From Candidatus Methylomirabilia bacterium (GTDB taxonomy: Bacteria; Methylomirabilota; Methylomirabilia; Rokubacteriales; CSP1-6), in contig JBGPXN010000050.1 in the NCBI GenBank assembly GCA_041492755.1, forward strand, positions 1 to 27,849: a stretch of 27,849 bases of DNA, in the 5' to 3' direction. The position numbers and the translations under genes are program-made. The notes under the pieces are model-generated. The model ran no database searches, had not been told where the DNA came from, and worked only from the letters and a program-made list of their open reading frames with translations. This document shows, one piece after another, positions 1 to 9,089 of this stretch. Position 1 is the stretch's first letter. Every line of letters starts with the position of its first letter.

Positions 1-1098
1 ATGCGGCTGAAGTACGGCATCGCCGTCGCCGGGACGCACGGCAAGACGACCACGACGTCGATGGTGGGCGCGGTCCTGGCCGAGGGCCGCTACGACCCGA
101 CCATCGTCGTGGGCGGGCGCGTGGCCAGCCTCGGCGCCAACGCGCGGCTGGGACAGGGTGAGTACCTGGTGGCGGAGGCGGACGAATCGGACGGCTCGTT
201 CCTCAAGCTCGCCCCCACCATCGCGGTGGTGACGACGATCGACGCCGAGCACCTGGATCATTGGGGCACGCTCGACGCCATCCGGGAAGCGTTCCTCGCG
301 TTCGTGAACAAGGTGCCGTTCTACGGCTCGGCCGTGCTGTGCCTGGATCAGCCGAACATCCAGGCGCTGATCCCGCGAGTAGAAAAGCGGGTGGTGACCT
401 ACGGGCTCGAGTCGAACGCGGACCTGGTCGGCCGCCGCCTGACCCTGTCGGGCCTGACGAGCCGCTTCGAGGTCTGCCAGCGCGACACCCTGCTCGGCGA
501 ATGCACGCTTCAAGTTCCCGGGCGCCACAACGTGCTCAATGCGCTGGCCGCCATCGGCGTCGGCCTCGACCTCGAGATTCCGTTCATCACGATCCAGCGC
601 GCGCTGGCGGGCTTCTCCGGCGTCCAGCGCCGCTTCCAGGTGCGCGGGCAGGCTGGCGGCCTCACCGTGGTCGACGACTACGGCCACCATCCGGCCGAGA
701 TCCGCGCGACGCTGGCCGCGGCCAAGGCCGGCTTCGACTGTCGCGTGGTCACCGTGTTCCAGCCCCATCGCTACACGCGGACGCTGCACCTGATGTCGGA
801 GTTCCAGACCGCGTTCAACCAGGCGGACGTGCTGGTCGTGATGGACATCTACGCGGCGGGGGAGCCCGTGATCCCCGGGGTATCCGCGGCCGGGCTGGCG
901 GACGGTATCCGCGCCCACGGCCACCGGGACGTGATCTACCTCGGCAACGATCGCCAACGCATCCTCGACCACCTGGTGAACGTCACCCGGCCCGGGGACC
1001 TCGTGCTGACGCTGGGCGCCGGCGACGTGGGGCAGCTCGGACCCGAGCTGCTGCGCAGACTCGAAGCCACCTCGTTTTGCGGGAGGGCCAAATGCTAG
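1..1098 (+). CDS. murC: UDP-N-acetylmuramate--L-alanine ligase (5'-truncated by window edge)
   Basis: [13 protein letters not shown]-loop, [16 protein letters not shown] and FQPHRYTRT motifs. The N-terminal domain is missing, so the ATG at 1 is internal. Confidence 0.97.
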   Translation: MRLKYGIAVAGTHGKTTTTSMVGAVLAEGRYDPTIVVGGRVASLGANARLGQGEYLVAEADESDGSFLKLAPTIAVVTTIDAEHLDHWGTLDAIREAFLAFVNKVPFYGSAVLCLDQPNIQALIPRVEKRVVTYGLESNADLVGRRLTLSGLTSRFEVCQRDTLLGECTLQVPGRHNVLNALAAIGVGLDLEIPFITIQRALAGFSGVQRRFQVRGQAGGLTVVDDYGHHPAEIRATLAAAKAGFDCRVVTVFQPHRYTRTLHLMSEFQTAFNQADVLVVMDIYAAGEPVIPGVSAAGLADGIRAHGHRDVIYLGNDRQRILDHLVNVTRPGDLVLTLGAGDVGQLGPELLRRLEATSFCGRAKC

Positions 1099-1970
1099 GA
1101 GAGATCCGAGGGGAAGTCCGGTTCAAGGAGCCCCTGAGCTTCCACACCTCGTTACGGATCGGCGGCTCCGCCGATATCTTCGTGGTGCCCCAGGACGTCG
1201 ACGACATCCGCCACGCGCTCCTGTTCGCCGACCGTGAGCAGCTGCCCGTGGTCGTCATCGGCGGTGGCAACAACCTGCTCGTCGGTGATCGCGGCGTCCG
1301 CGGCGTCGTCCTGAAGCTCGAGGGCTGCCTCGGCCGCTCCGAGTTCCACGGCGAGGAAGTGGTGGCGGGCGCCGGCGCGAGCCTGTCCGCGCTCATCCGC
1401 GAGGCCGCCGTGCTCAACCTCGGTGGCCTCGAGGCGCTGGTGGGCATTCCGGCCACCGTGGGGGGCGCGCTCGCCATGAACGCGGGGACGCCCGACGGTG
1501 CCATCGGCGATTTCGTCTCGGTGGCCTACTACCTGTACCCGGACGGCACGCTGGGTGAGTTCAAGCCGAACGCGGGGGCCTTCACCTACCGGCAATTCCA
1601 CTTCCCGCCGAGCGCGGTCCTCGTGGGCTGCCGGCTGCAGCTTCACCGGCGACTGCTGTCGGAGATCCAGAAGGACATCAAGCAGCGGCTCAAGCTCAAG
1701 AAGCAGACCCAGCCGCTCGCGCTCGCCTCGGCCGGCTGCGTGTGGAAGAACCCGCCGGGCGAGGTGGCGACCAGGCTGGTGGAGAAGGTCGGGCTGAAGG
1801 GCAAGCGCATCAACGGCGCCGAGATCTCGGCCAAGCACGCCAACTTCATCGTCAACCGGGGTGGGGCCGCCGCCGTCGACATCCAGGCCCTCATGGACCT
1901 CACGCGCGAGCGCGTGCAGGCCCAGTTCCACATCACGCTGGAGCACGAGATCCGGGTCATCGGTGAGTAG
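1092..1970 (+). CDS. murB: UDP-N-acetylenolpyruvoylglucosamine reductase
   Basis: [40 protein letters not shown] and KHANFIVN motifs. ATG 1092 follows GGGAGG and overlaps the end of murC; the longer ORF-track N-terminus is spurious. Confidence 0.96.
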   Translation: MLGEIRGEVRFKEPLSFHTSLRIGGSADIFVVPQDVDDIRHALLFADREQLPVVVIGGGNNLLVGDRGVRGVVLKLEGCLGRSEFHGEEVVAGAGASLSALIREAAVLNLGGLEALVGIPATVGGALAMNAGTPDGAIGDFVSVAYYLYPDGTLGEFKPNAGAFTYRQFHFPPSAVLVGCRLQLHRRLLSEIQKDIKQRLKLKKQTQPLALASAGCVWKNPPGEVATRLVEKVGLKGKRINGAEISAKHANFIVNRGGAAAVDIQALMDLTRERVQAQFHITLEHEIRVIGE

Positions 1971-2820
1971 AGGCCTGCTCTCGCCGCGCGCCGCGGCACC
2001 CGCGCTCACCGACCTCGGCGAGCGCTCGGCGCTGATCACCGGTCAAAGGGTGGCCGCGCCACGCCGGCGCCGGCCGAGCGGCGGGCGGGCCGGCTTCCGC
2101 AAGCTCGGCCTCGCGGCCGGCGTGGGATTGCTGCTGGCCGCGCCCCTCGCGCTCACCGCGTGGGCGTTGACGACCTCGCGCTTCGCGGTGCGCGCGGTCG
2201 AGGTGCGCGGCGCGTCGCGCCTGCCGCTGGAGCGGATCGCCGAGGCCGCCGCCGTGCCCCTCGGCGTCAACCTGTGGCGCCTGGATACCGCCGCCGTCAT
2301 CGCGCGCGTGGAGGCGCTGCCCGAAGTCCGCCGCGCCGAAGTCGTGCGCGAGCTGCCGAACCGCGTGAGCATCCTGGTCGAGGAGCGCCGGCCGTTCACG
2401 CTCGTGCACAGCGGCCGGCTGCACTGGGTCGACGAAGAGGGGCGTTTCGTCGGCGACGAGCGGGAAGCCGTCGTTCCGCCGGGGCCCGTCATCAGCGGCT
2501 TGAGCGAGGACGAGGTGGCCACCATGCGCACGGCCCCGGCGCCGAGGGCCCGCGCCGCCATCAGCCTGCTGCGGACGCTGCTGCGCGCGGGTGGCGCGCT
2601 CGCCGCCGAGATCTCGGAGATCGACATGAGCCGGCGGGACGGCCCCGTCCTCTACACCGTCGGCGGCATCGAGGTCCGGATCGGCAGCGAGGATTGGGAC
2701 GAGCGCCTGGCGCGGCTGGCCGGCGTGCTCGCCAACGTCTCCGCGCAGGGCGACCTCGTCCGCGCGATCGATCTGAGATTCCGCGACCAGGTCGTCCTCA
2801 CGAAAGGAGGCCAGGGATAG
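1963..2820 (+). CDS. ftsQ: Cell division protein FtsQ/DivIB
   Basis: Basic N-terminus, one TM segment, POTRA domain (VEALPEVRRAEVVRELPNRVSILVEERRP), C-terminal IDLRF, and position between murB and ftsA. Start GTG 1963 is inferred. Confidence 0.9.
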   Translation: MSRGLLSPRAAAPALTDLGERSALITGQRVAAPRRRRPSGGRAGFRKLGLAAGVGLLLAAPLALTAWALTTSRFAVRAVEVRGASRLPLERIAEAAAVPLGVNLWRLDTAAVIARVEALPEVRRAEVVRELPNRVSILVEERRPFTLVHSGRLHWVDEEGRFVGDEREAVVPPGPVISGLSEDEVATMRTAPAPRARAAISLLRTLLRAGGALAAEISEIDMSRRDGPVLYTVGGIEVRIGSEDWDERLARLAGVLANVSAQGDLVRAIDLRFRDQVVLTKGGQG

Positions 2821-4061
2821 CTCGCGCGCGAAGCCGGGATCTGATCGTCGGGCTGGACGTGGGCACGACCAAGATCTGCACCGTCATCACCGAGCGCAAC
2901 GACACCGGCGGCCTCGACGTCATCGGCGTGGGCGCGGCGCCGTCGAAGGGGCTGCGCAAGGGCGTCGTCGTCAACGTCGACGCCACCGTGGAGGCGATCC
3001 GACAGTCGGTGGCGGACGCCGAGGAGATGGCGGGGGCGGAGATCGCCGCCGTCTACGCGGGGATCGCCGGCGGCCACGTGCGGGGCAGCAACAGCCGCGG
3101 CGTGGTGGCGGTCGCGGGCCGCGACCGCGAGGTCAGCGCGGCCGACGTGGAGCGCGCGGTCGACGCGGCGCGCGCGGTGAATCTCTCGCAGGACCGCGAG
3201 ATCATCCACGTGCTTCCACAAACGTACGTGGTCGACGAGCAGGACGGCGTGCGCGAGCCGATCGGCATGTCGGGCGTGCGCCTCGAGGTCGAGGTGCACA
3301 TGATCACGGGGGCGGTGGCCTCGGTGCAGAACGTCGTGCGCTCGGTGAATCGGGCCGGGCTCGAGATCCGCGACATCGTGCTGGAGCCGCTCGCCTCCGC
3401 CGAGTCGGTGCTGTACCCGGACGAACGGGAGCTCGGCGTCATCCTCATCGACGTCGGCGGCGGTACGACCGACGTGGCCTTCTTTCGCGAGGGCGCCGTG
3501 TGGCACACCGCCATCCTGCCCCTCGGCGGCGACCACATCACCAACGACATCGCCATCGGGCTCCGCACCCCCGCCACCGACGCCGAGGAGCTGAAGCGCC
3601 GCTACGGCTGTGCGCTCACGGCGCTGGTGTCGGCCGAGGAGTCCATCGACGTTCCGTCGGTGGGCGGGCGCCCGGCGCGCGCGCTCTCACGCCAGATCCT
3701 GGCCGAGATCATCCAGCCCCGGGTCGAGGAGATCTTCGGGCTCGTCGCCCGCGAGCTGGCGCGGGCGGGCCGCACCGACGCCACCGCCGGCATCGTCGTC
3801 ACCGGCGGGACGTCGATCATGGACGGGGTGCCCGAGGTGGCCGAGGCGGTGTTCGATCTGCCCGTCCGCCGCGGCGTCCCGGAGAGCGTCGGCGGCCGCA
3901 CCGATCTGGTCAAGAGCCCGATGCACGCGACCGGCGTCGGCCTCGCGCTGTGGGGCGCGCGTCACGGGGCAACGTCGGCGCTCCGAGAGACCGCGGGTGG
4001 CGGCGGTCCGGTCAGTCGGATCGCTCGGCGAGTTGCCGGATGGTTTGGCGAAATCTTGTAG
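2817..4061 (+). CDS. ftsA: Cell division protein FtsA (probable non-canonical ATA start)
   Basis: GLDVGTTKI, GLRKGVVVN, EPIGMSGVRLE, IDVGGGTTD and GGDHITNDIA motifs plus a C-terminal amphipathic helix. SD AAAGGAGG (2803-2810) lies 6 nt before the in-frame ATA at 2817. Confidence 0.95.
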   Translation: MARARSRDLIVGLDVGTTKICTVITERNDTGGLDVIGVGAAPSKGLRKGVVVNVDATVEAIRQSVADAEEMAGAEIAAVYAGIAGGHVRGSNSRGVVAVAGRDREVSAADVERAVDAARAVNLSQDREIIHVLPQTYVVDEQDGVREPIGMSGVRLEVEVHMITGAVASVQNVVRSVNRAGLEIRDIVLEPLASAESVLYPDERELGVILIDVGGGTTDVAFFREGAVWHTAILPLGGDHITNDIAIGLRTPATDAEELKRRYGCALTALVSAEESIDVPSVGGRPARALSRQILAEIIQPRVEEIFGLVARELARAGRTDATAGIVVTGGTSIMDGVPEVAEAVFDLPVRRGVPESVGGRTDLVKSPMHATGVGLALWGARHGATSALRETAGGGGPVSRIARRVAGWFGEIL

Positions 4062-4079
4062 TGATGCTCAATGAAGCGA

Positions 4080-4158
4080 CAGGCCAATCGAAAAGGGTCA
4101 GCTGCGAAGCGACGATCCACCTCGGTTCGAGCGCAGATGGGCCTTTTTCATCGGCCGG
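4080..4158. repeat. Palindromic MITE/REP-like element, short copy
   Basis: Imperfect terminal inverted repeats caggccaatcgaaaagggtcagctgcg ... cgcagatgggcctttttcatcggccgg. Both ends match the element at 16560-16680. Confidence 0.75.
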
Positions 4159-4205
4159 TAAGAGACCGGAGGGTCGAGGCCCGATCCGGAGAAGGGGAGC
4201 AGCCG

Positions 4206-5366
4206 ATGGAGAAGGAGCGTAGCCGGCGCCCGCTGTTCGAGATCGACGACACGCCGCAGGCGGCGAAGATCAAGGTCATCGGCCTCGGCGGCGGCGGCAG
4301 CAACGCCGTGAGCCGGATGATCTCCGCCCAGTTCACCGGCGTGGACTTCATCGTCGCCAACACCGACAGCCAGGCGCTGCGCACCTCGCCCGCCCCCGTC
4401 CGCATCCAGCTCGGCGCCAAGCTCACCCAGGGGCTCGGCGCCGGGTCGAATCCCGACGTCGGCCGCGACGCCGCGCTGGAGAATCCCGAGGAGATCACGC
4501 GCCTGCTCCAGGGCGCCGACATGGTGTTCGTCACCGCGGGCCTCGGCGGCGGCACCGGCACCGGCGCGGCGCCCGTGGTCGCGTCGCTCGCCCGCGACCT
4601 CGGCATCCTGACCGTGGCCGTGGTCACCAAGCCGTTCGGCTTCGAGGGGCGCAAGCGGTTGCAGCAGGCCGAAGCGGGACTCGAGGCCTTGCGCGGGGTG
4701 GTCGACACGCTGATCACGATCCCGAATCAGCGCCTGCTCTCCGTCGTGGAGCGGGGCGCGCCGTTGATGGAGGCGTTCCGCGTCGCGGACTCGGTGCTGC
4801 ACCAGGCCGTGCAGGGCATCTCCGATTTGATCCTGGTCCCGGGGCTCATCAACCTGGACTTCGCCGACGTGCGCACGATCATGTCGGGCATGGGCATGGC
4901 GATGATGGGCACCGGTGTGGGGCACGGCGAGCACCGCGCGCTCGACGCCGCCCAGAAAGCGGTGGCGAGCCCGCTGCTGGACGACGCCAGCATCGACGGC
5001 GCGCGCGGTATCCTCATCAACTTCACGGGCGGGCCGGACATGTCGCTGCACGAGGTGGACGAGGCCGCGCGCATCGTGCAGGAAGCGGCCCACGAGGAGG
5101 CCAACATCATCTTCGGCGCGGTCATCGATCCCACCCTGCAAGACGAGGTTCGGATGACGGTGATCGCGACCGGCTTCGCGGCGCGGAAGGAATCGACGCT
5201 GCCCGGCAAGGTGCTCGACATGCCGCGCCCGACGCGGATGGGTAGCCCGTTCGCGGCCGCGGCCGGGGTGCGGCGGCGCGCGCTCGACTTGCGCGGTGAC
5301 GGCGAAGACGCGCTGGAGAGCGACGACCTGGAAGTCCCGGCGTTCCTTCGAATGAAGGCGGATTGA
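4206..5366 (+). CDS. ftsZ: Cell division GTPase FtsZ
   Basis: [31 protein letters not shown] and C-terminal [12 protein letters not shown] 4206 follows GAAGGGGAG. Confidence 0.98.
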   Translation: MEKERSRRPLFEIDDTPQAAKIKVIGLGGGGSNAVSRMISAQFTGVDFIVANTDSQALRTSPAPVRIQLGAKLTQGLGAGSNPDVGRDAALENPEEITRLLQGADMVFVTAGLGGGTGTGAAPVVASLARDLGILTVAVVTKPFGFEGRKRLQQAEAGLEALRGVVDTLITIPNQRLLSVVERGAPLMEAFRVADSVLHQAVQGISDLILVPGLINLDFADVRTIMSGMGMAMMGTGVGHGEHRALDAAQKAVASPLLDDASIDGARGILINFTGGPDMSLHEVDEAARIVQEAAHEEANIIFGAVIDPTLQDEVRMTVIATGFAARKESTLPGKVLDMPRPTRMGSPFAAAAGVRRRALDLRGDGEDALESDDLEVPAFLRMKAD

Positions 5367-5370
5367 GATG

Positions 5371-5420
5371 ATGGGGGGCCCCGAGATGGCCCCCCATACC
5401 CCAACATGGCCCCGCATACC
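5371..5420. repeat. REP-like hairpin plus partial tandem duplicate
   Basis: Perfect 10-bp stem atggggggcc/ggccccccat (5371-5397). atggccccccatacc (5386-5400) is repeated as atggccccgcatacc (5406-5420). Confidence 0.6.
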
Positions 5421-5446
5421 ACCCTCCTCGAACTCGCTCACGGGCC

Positions 5447-6187
5447 TTGAAGTATCACGGCGCGCCGCCGCGCTACCTGACGTTCGGCGGGCTCGACGCC
5501 GTGGGTCTGCCCCACGCCACCACCACGCGCCATTGCCCGGGTATCGGGCCCTCGGGCGCGCCGGGGTCGCCGTTCGCGGCGGAGGCGGTGGCCGCCCTGG
5601 GCGATAGCGGCCTCGACCTGGGGCGCGCGGCATGGGCGCGCCAGGTCCACGGTGCCGACGTCGTGGAAGTCTCCGCCGGCGGCTTCGCCGGCAACGCCGA
5701 CGTGCTCGTGACCCGCCAGCGCGGCGTCCCGCTCGCCGTCTTCACCGCCGATTGCCTGGCCGTCGCCGTGGTGGATCCGGAACGGCCGGTGCTCGCCGTC
5801 GCCCACGTCGGCTGGCGCGGGACCGTGCGCGGCGCCACGCGCGCCGTGGTGGAAGCCGCCGTCGCGGCCGGCGGCCGGCGCGAGCGGCTGCGCGCGGCGA
5901 TCTCGCCGTCCATCGGACCGTGCTGCTACGAGGTCGATGCGCCGGTGATCGAGGAGTACCGCCGCGCGTACGGCGCGCGCTGGGAGGCGTGGGCGCGTCC
6001 CGGCCGGGCGGACCACTGGATGCTCGATCTCTGGGCCGCCAACGCGGCGCTGCTCGCCGAGGCGGGCCTCGATCCAGCGCGGATCGAAAACCCGCGCCTC
6101 TGCACCGCCTGCCATCCCGAGCTGCTCTATTCGTACCGCCGGGCGAATCGCGGCCGGCTGACCACGATCGCGGCCCTGCCTGCCTAG
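5447..6187 (+). CDS. pgeF: PgeF/YfiH/YlmD family protein (peptidoglycan editing factor / purine nucleoside phosphorylase-like)
   Basis: QVHG, TADCL, AHVGWRGT, PSIGPCCYEV, CTACHPELLYSYRR motifs and position after ftsZ. The TTG start is uncertain. Confidence 0.92.
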   Translation: MKYHGAPPRYLTFGGLDAVGLPHATTTRHCPGIGPSGAPGSPFAAEAVAALGDSGLDLGRAAWARQVHGADVVEVSAGGFAGNADVLVTRQRGVPLAVFTADCLAVAVVDPERPVLAVAHVGWRGTVRGATRAVVEAAVAAGGRRERLRAAISPSIGPCCYEVDAPVIEEYRRAYGARWEAWARPGRADHWMLDLWAANAALLAEAGLDPARIENPRLCTACHPELLYSYRRANRGRLTTIAALPA

Positions 6188-6273
6188 CCCAACTTCCACG
6201 ACCGGGCTAGGCGGGCGTCTCATTCTGCCGACACTGGCAGACGAGAGGAGCGCAGGGCTAGCTTTAGCCAGAC

Positions 6274-6558
6274 ATGAGAATTACATTCGAATGGGATCCA
6301 CAGAAGGCCGCTCAGAATCTGAAGGACCATGGAGTATCCTTTGACGAGGCCAAAACCGTGTTTGCCGATCCCTTGTCGCACCCGGCTGAGGACCGTGAGC
6401 ATTCCTTTCCGGGGCAGGAGCGTTTCATAACAACCGGGCGGTCGCTATCTGGAAGGACATTGGTCGTCGTGCACGTCGATGATGAGGCGAAACACATAGT
6501 TCGAATCATCAGTGCACGGTCTGCTACTCGCGCCGAGCGAGGGCGTTATGAAGGCTAA
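6274..6558 (+). CDS. brnT: BrnT family (DUF497) type II toxin, RelE-like RNase
   Basis: FEWDPQKAAQNLKDHGVSFDEAKTVFADP ... ERFITTG ... LVVVH ... VRIISARSATRAER is the typical DUF497/BrnT signature. Confidence 0.92.
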   Translation: MRITFEWDPQKAAQNLKDHGVSFDEAKTVFADPLSHPAEDREHSFPGQERFITTGRSLSGRTLVVVHVDDEAKHIVRIISARSATRAERGRYEG

Positions 6559-7510
6559 TAAGCCGAAGCTGGATCCACCTGAAGTGACAGAGCAGCAGCT
6601 GGCCTTCTCCGTCCGCGGTAAATACGCTGAACGATTTCGGCAAGCCCGGCAAGTTGAAGACGACCGTCCGCGGGTGGCGATCTGGGCTCCTCTCGTGGAT
6701 TTAGAGTGGAACGGCAAGCAGGTAGAACTCTTCGAGAACACGTCGATCGTTCCAGGATCGTGTTATCGAGGTTACGAAGCAACCGAGTATCATGACTTCT
6801 TGTCGACGGAAGAGCTGAAGCTATGCCGTGAAACTGAACACTGGTTGTCGGTAAGTCAGCCGGTTCACTATGAGTTGTCAGCCGCAGAAGCGGTGAATGC
6901 TTTCTTGATTGCGCTCTGGGTAATCAAACCGACGTTCACTCATGTCCCGCTTCGCTTCGTGGAAATGCCTCAAGAGCGCACGGCCGTGCGTCTGCTGGAC
7001 CGCATGCAATGGATCGAAGGGCATGCCGCCCACGGAATCGCGACCGGAGATCTCACGGCGGTAAGCGAAGTGCTTGGTCCTCTGCGGGACGTTTACTTGG
7101 AACGACGAAGACTGCGGAGTGCGTTGACGCTTACATTCCGGGGCTGCATCTCCAAAGATTGGCAAGTGGGTTTCGTGTGCTTTTCAGCGGCAGCGGAGGC
7201 GATGCTGACCTACGCGGCCGACCGCGGGGTTACCAACCGCCTTGCCATGAGCTACGCCAAACTCACTGCTGCACCGGAGATCATCGCGGCATCCGAGCTC
7301 TTCAAGCGGCTTTATGGTATCCGGTCCGACATAGTTCATGGACGCTCGTACGACCGGAAACTCACAGAGCGAAACCTTCATGAATTGGCCGAATTCGCCG
7401 ACGTCCTACGTAAGATGTGGATCGCCGTTCTGCGCTCTAGCGATCTCCGGACCCAGTTAGAAGGCGACGACGAGCAGCGCCGGCAGTTCTTCACCCGATC
7501 GACGTCGTAA
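6548..7510 (+). CDS. Fusion of antitoxin-like N-terminal peptide and ApeA-like HEPN domain protein (320 aa)
   Basis: ATG 6548 overlaps the brnT end by 11 nt. The N-terminal FSVRGKYAERFRQ resembles short antitoxins paired with DUF497 toxins. The C-terminal half has FSAAAEAML followed by LYGIRSDIVHG (R259-x4-H264), the HEPN RNase motif in an ApeA-like context. Confidence 0.78.
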   Translation: MKANKPKLDPPEVTEQQLAFSVRGKYAERFRQARQVEDDRPRVAIWAPLVDLEWNGKQVELFENTSIVPGSCYRGYEATEYHDFLSTEELKLCRETEHWLSVSQPVHYELSAAEAVNAFLIALWVIKPTFTHVPLRFVEMPQERTAVRLLDRMQWIEGHAAHGIATGDLTAVSEVLGPLRDVYLERRRLRSALTLTFRGCISKDWQVGFVCFSAAAEAMLTYAADRGVTNRLAMSYAKLTAAPEIIAASELFKRLYGIRSDIVHGRSYDRKLTERNLHELAEFADVLRKMWIAVLRSSDLRTQLEGDDEQRRQFFTRSTS

Positions 7511-7526
7511 GCCCGGAACGACAAGT

Positions 7527-7551
7527 CGCGGGGACGCCCCGGTCCCCGCGA
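7527..7551. terminator. GC hairpin after the HEPN gene (possible terminator or REP)
   Basis: cgcggggac-gccccg-gtccccgcg stem, with no U-tract. Confidence 0.35.
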
Positions 7552-7557
7552 GCCGCG

Positions 7558-7566
7558 TGCTAGAAT
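7558..7566 (+). promoter_or_regulatory. Extended -10 promoter element for the yggS operon
   Basis: TGcTAGAAT ending 18 nt before the yggS ATG. Confidence 0.55.
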
Positions 7567-7584
7567 CCGTCCACGGTCGGTGCC

Positions 7585-8271
7585 ATGAGTGACATTTCCA
7601 CCAATCTCGAGCGCGTGCGCGAGCGCGTGGCCCGCGCGGCCGAGCGCCGCGGCCGGCGACCCGACGACGTGCTGCTCGTCGGTGTGTCGAAGACCGTGGA
7701 CGTCGAGCGCATCCAGCAGGCCGTCGCCGCGGGCATCCGCGCGCTCGGGGAAAATCGCGTGCAGGAGGCGAAGGACAAGGTTGCTCGCCTGGGGCGGCCG
7801 GTGCCGTGGCACCTGATCGGTCACCTGCAGACCAACAAGGTGAAGGACGCGCTGGGCCTGTTCGACGTCATCCACTCGCTCGATCGGCTCGAGCTCGCGC
7901 GCGAGATCGAGCGCCGGGCGCAGGGCCGCGTGGTCGACGTGCTGCTTCAGGTCAACGTGGGCGGCGAAGCCTCGAAGGGTGGCTTCGAGCCGGGCGAGGT
8001 GGGCGCCGCGCTGGACGCGACCGCCGCGCTGGCGGCGCTGCGCGTGCGCGGGCTCATGACGATCCCGCCGCCGGTCGAGCGCGCCGAGGACGCGCGTGCG
8101 TGGTTCCGGACACTCGCCGACCTCGCCAAGCGTCATGGGCTGGCCGAGCTGTCCATGGGGATGAGCGCCGATTTCGAGGTCGCGATCGAGGAGGGCGCCA
8201 CCATGGTGCGGGTCGGCACGGCCATCTTCGGCGCGCGGTCGCCGCGCGCGGCCGGGGCATCGCCGGCATGA
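7585..8271 (+). CDS. yggS: PLP homeostasis protein YggS/YlmE
   Basis: VGVSKT, GENRVQE, WHLIGHLQTNK, LSMGMSADFEVAIEEGATMVRVGTAIFG. Confidence 0.97.
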   Translation: MSDISTNLERVRERVARAAERRGRRPDDVLLVGVSKTVDVERIQQAVAAGIRALGENRVQEAKDKVARLGRPVPWHLIGHLQTNKVKDALGLFDVIHSLDRLELAREIERRAQGRVVDVLLQVNVGGEASKGGFEPGEVGAALDATAALAALRVRGLMTIPPPVERAEDARAWFRTLADLAKRHGLAELSMGMSADFEVAIEEGATMVRVGTAIFGARSPRAAGASPA

Positions 8272-9089
8272 GCATCAAGGGCAAGTCGGTCGGCTTCATC
8301 GGCGCCGGCAACATGGGCGAGGCGCTGATCAAGGGGCTGGTGGCCGCGAGCGTCGTTCCCGCCGACGCGATCACCGCCAGCGACGTGCGCGCCGAGCGGT
8401 TGCGCGCGCTCGAGCGGCAGTACGGGATCCGCGGCCTGGCCAGCAACGCCGACGTGATTCGCGCGGCGGACGTGGTGATCCTCGCCGTCAAGCCCCAGAT
8501 CATGACGCCGGTCCTCAAGGAGCTGGGCGGCGTGAGCCGCAAGACGCTGTTCATCTCCGTCGCCGCGGGGGTGGCCACGACGGCGATCCGTTCCGTGGTC
8601 GGTCAGGACGCGCGGCTCATCCGCGTCATGCCGAACGCCCCGGCGCTCGTCCTCGAAGGCGTCACCGCGATCGCCAAGGCGCCCGGGCTGGAGCCGGGCG
8701 ATCTGGAGACGGCGCAGGACATCTTCAGCGCCGTGGGCAAGGTCGTCGTGCTCGACGAGGAGCTCATCGACGCGGTGACCGGGCTCTCCGGATCCGGTCC
8801 CGCGTACGTCGCGGTCGTGATCGAATCGCTTGCCGACGGGGGCGTCAAGATGGGTCTCGACCGGATCACCGCCATGACGCTCGCGACGCAGACGGTCCTG
8901 GGCGCCGCGCGTCTGCTCATGGAGACCGGACTGCATCCCGGCGCGCTCAAGGACATGGTCAGCTCGCCGGGCGGCACGTCGATCGCGGGGATCGCGGCCC
9001 TCGAGGAGGGCGGGATCCGCACGACGTTCATCAAGGCCGTCGAGCGCGCCACCCTGCGCTCGAAGGAGCTGGGGCGCGGGCCCGCCTGA
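8268..9089 (+). CDS. proC: Pyrroline-5-carboxylate reductase
   Basis: GFIGAGNMG, LAVKPQ, RVMPN, GLSGSGPAY and VSSPGGT motifs; ATGA overlap with yggS. Confidence 0.97.
   Translation: MSIKGKSVGFIGAGNMGEALIKGLVAASVVPADAITASDVRAERLRALERQYGIRGLASNADVIRAADVVILAVKPQIMTPVLKELGGVSRKTLFISVAAGVATTAIRSVVGQDARLIRVMPNAPALVLEGVTAIAKAPGLEPGDLETAQDIFSAVGKVVVLDEELIDAVTGLSGSGPAYVAVVIESLADGGVKMGLDRITAMTLATQTVLGAARLLMETGLHPGALKDMVSSPGGTSIAGIAALEEGGIRTTFIKAVERATLRSKELGRGPA

Larger units (their letters stand above)
6188..7515. mobile_element. Low-GC accessory islet inserted between pgeF and yggS
   Basis: GC drops sharply (30/60 in 6721-6780 versus 52/60 in 5821-5880) and A/T-ending codons are common. The islet interrupts the usually adjacent ylmD(pgeF)-ylmE(yggS) pair. 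No mobility gene is seen and the boundaries are approximate. Confidence 0.65.

Noticed and set aside
4071..4205. N-terminal extension of FtsZ from ATG 4071
   Set aside because: The extension runs through the palindromic repeat element, and ATG 4206 has a good SD and gives a normal N-terminus.
6185..7514. tagccc / taagccc at the two islet ends as a target-site duplication
   Set aside because: Too short and imperfect, and both coincide with stop codons.
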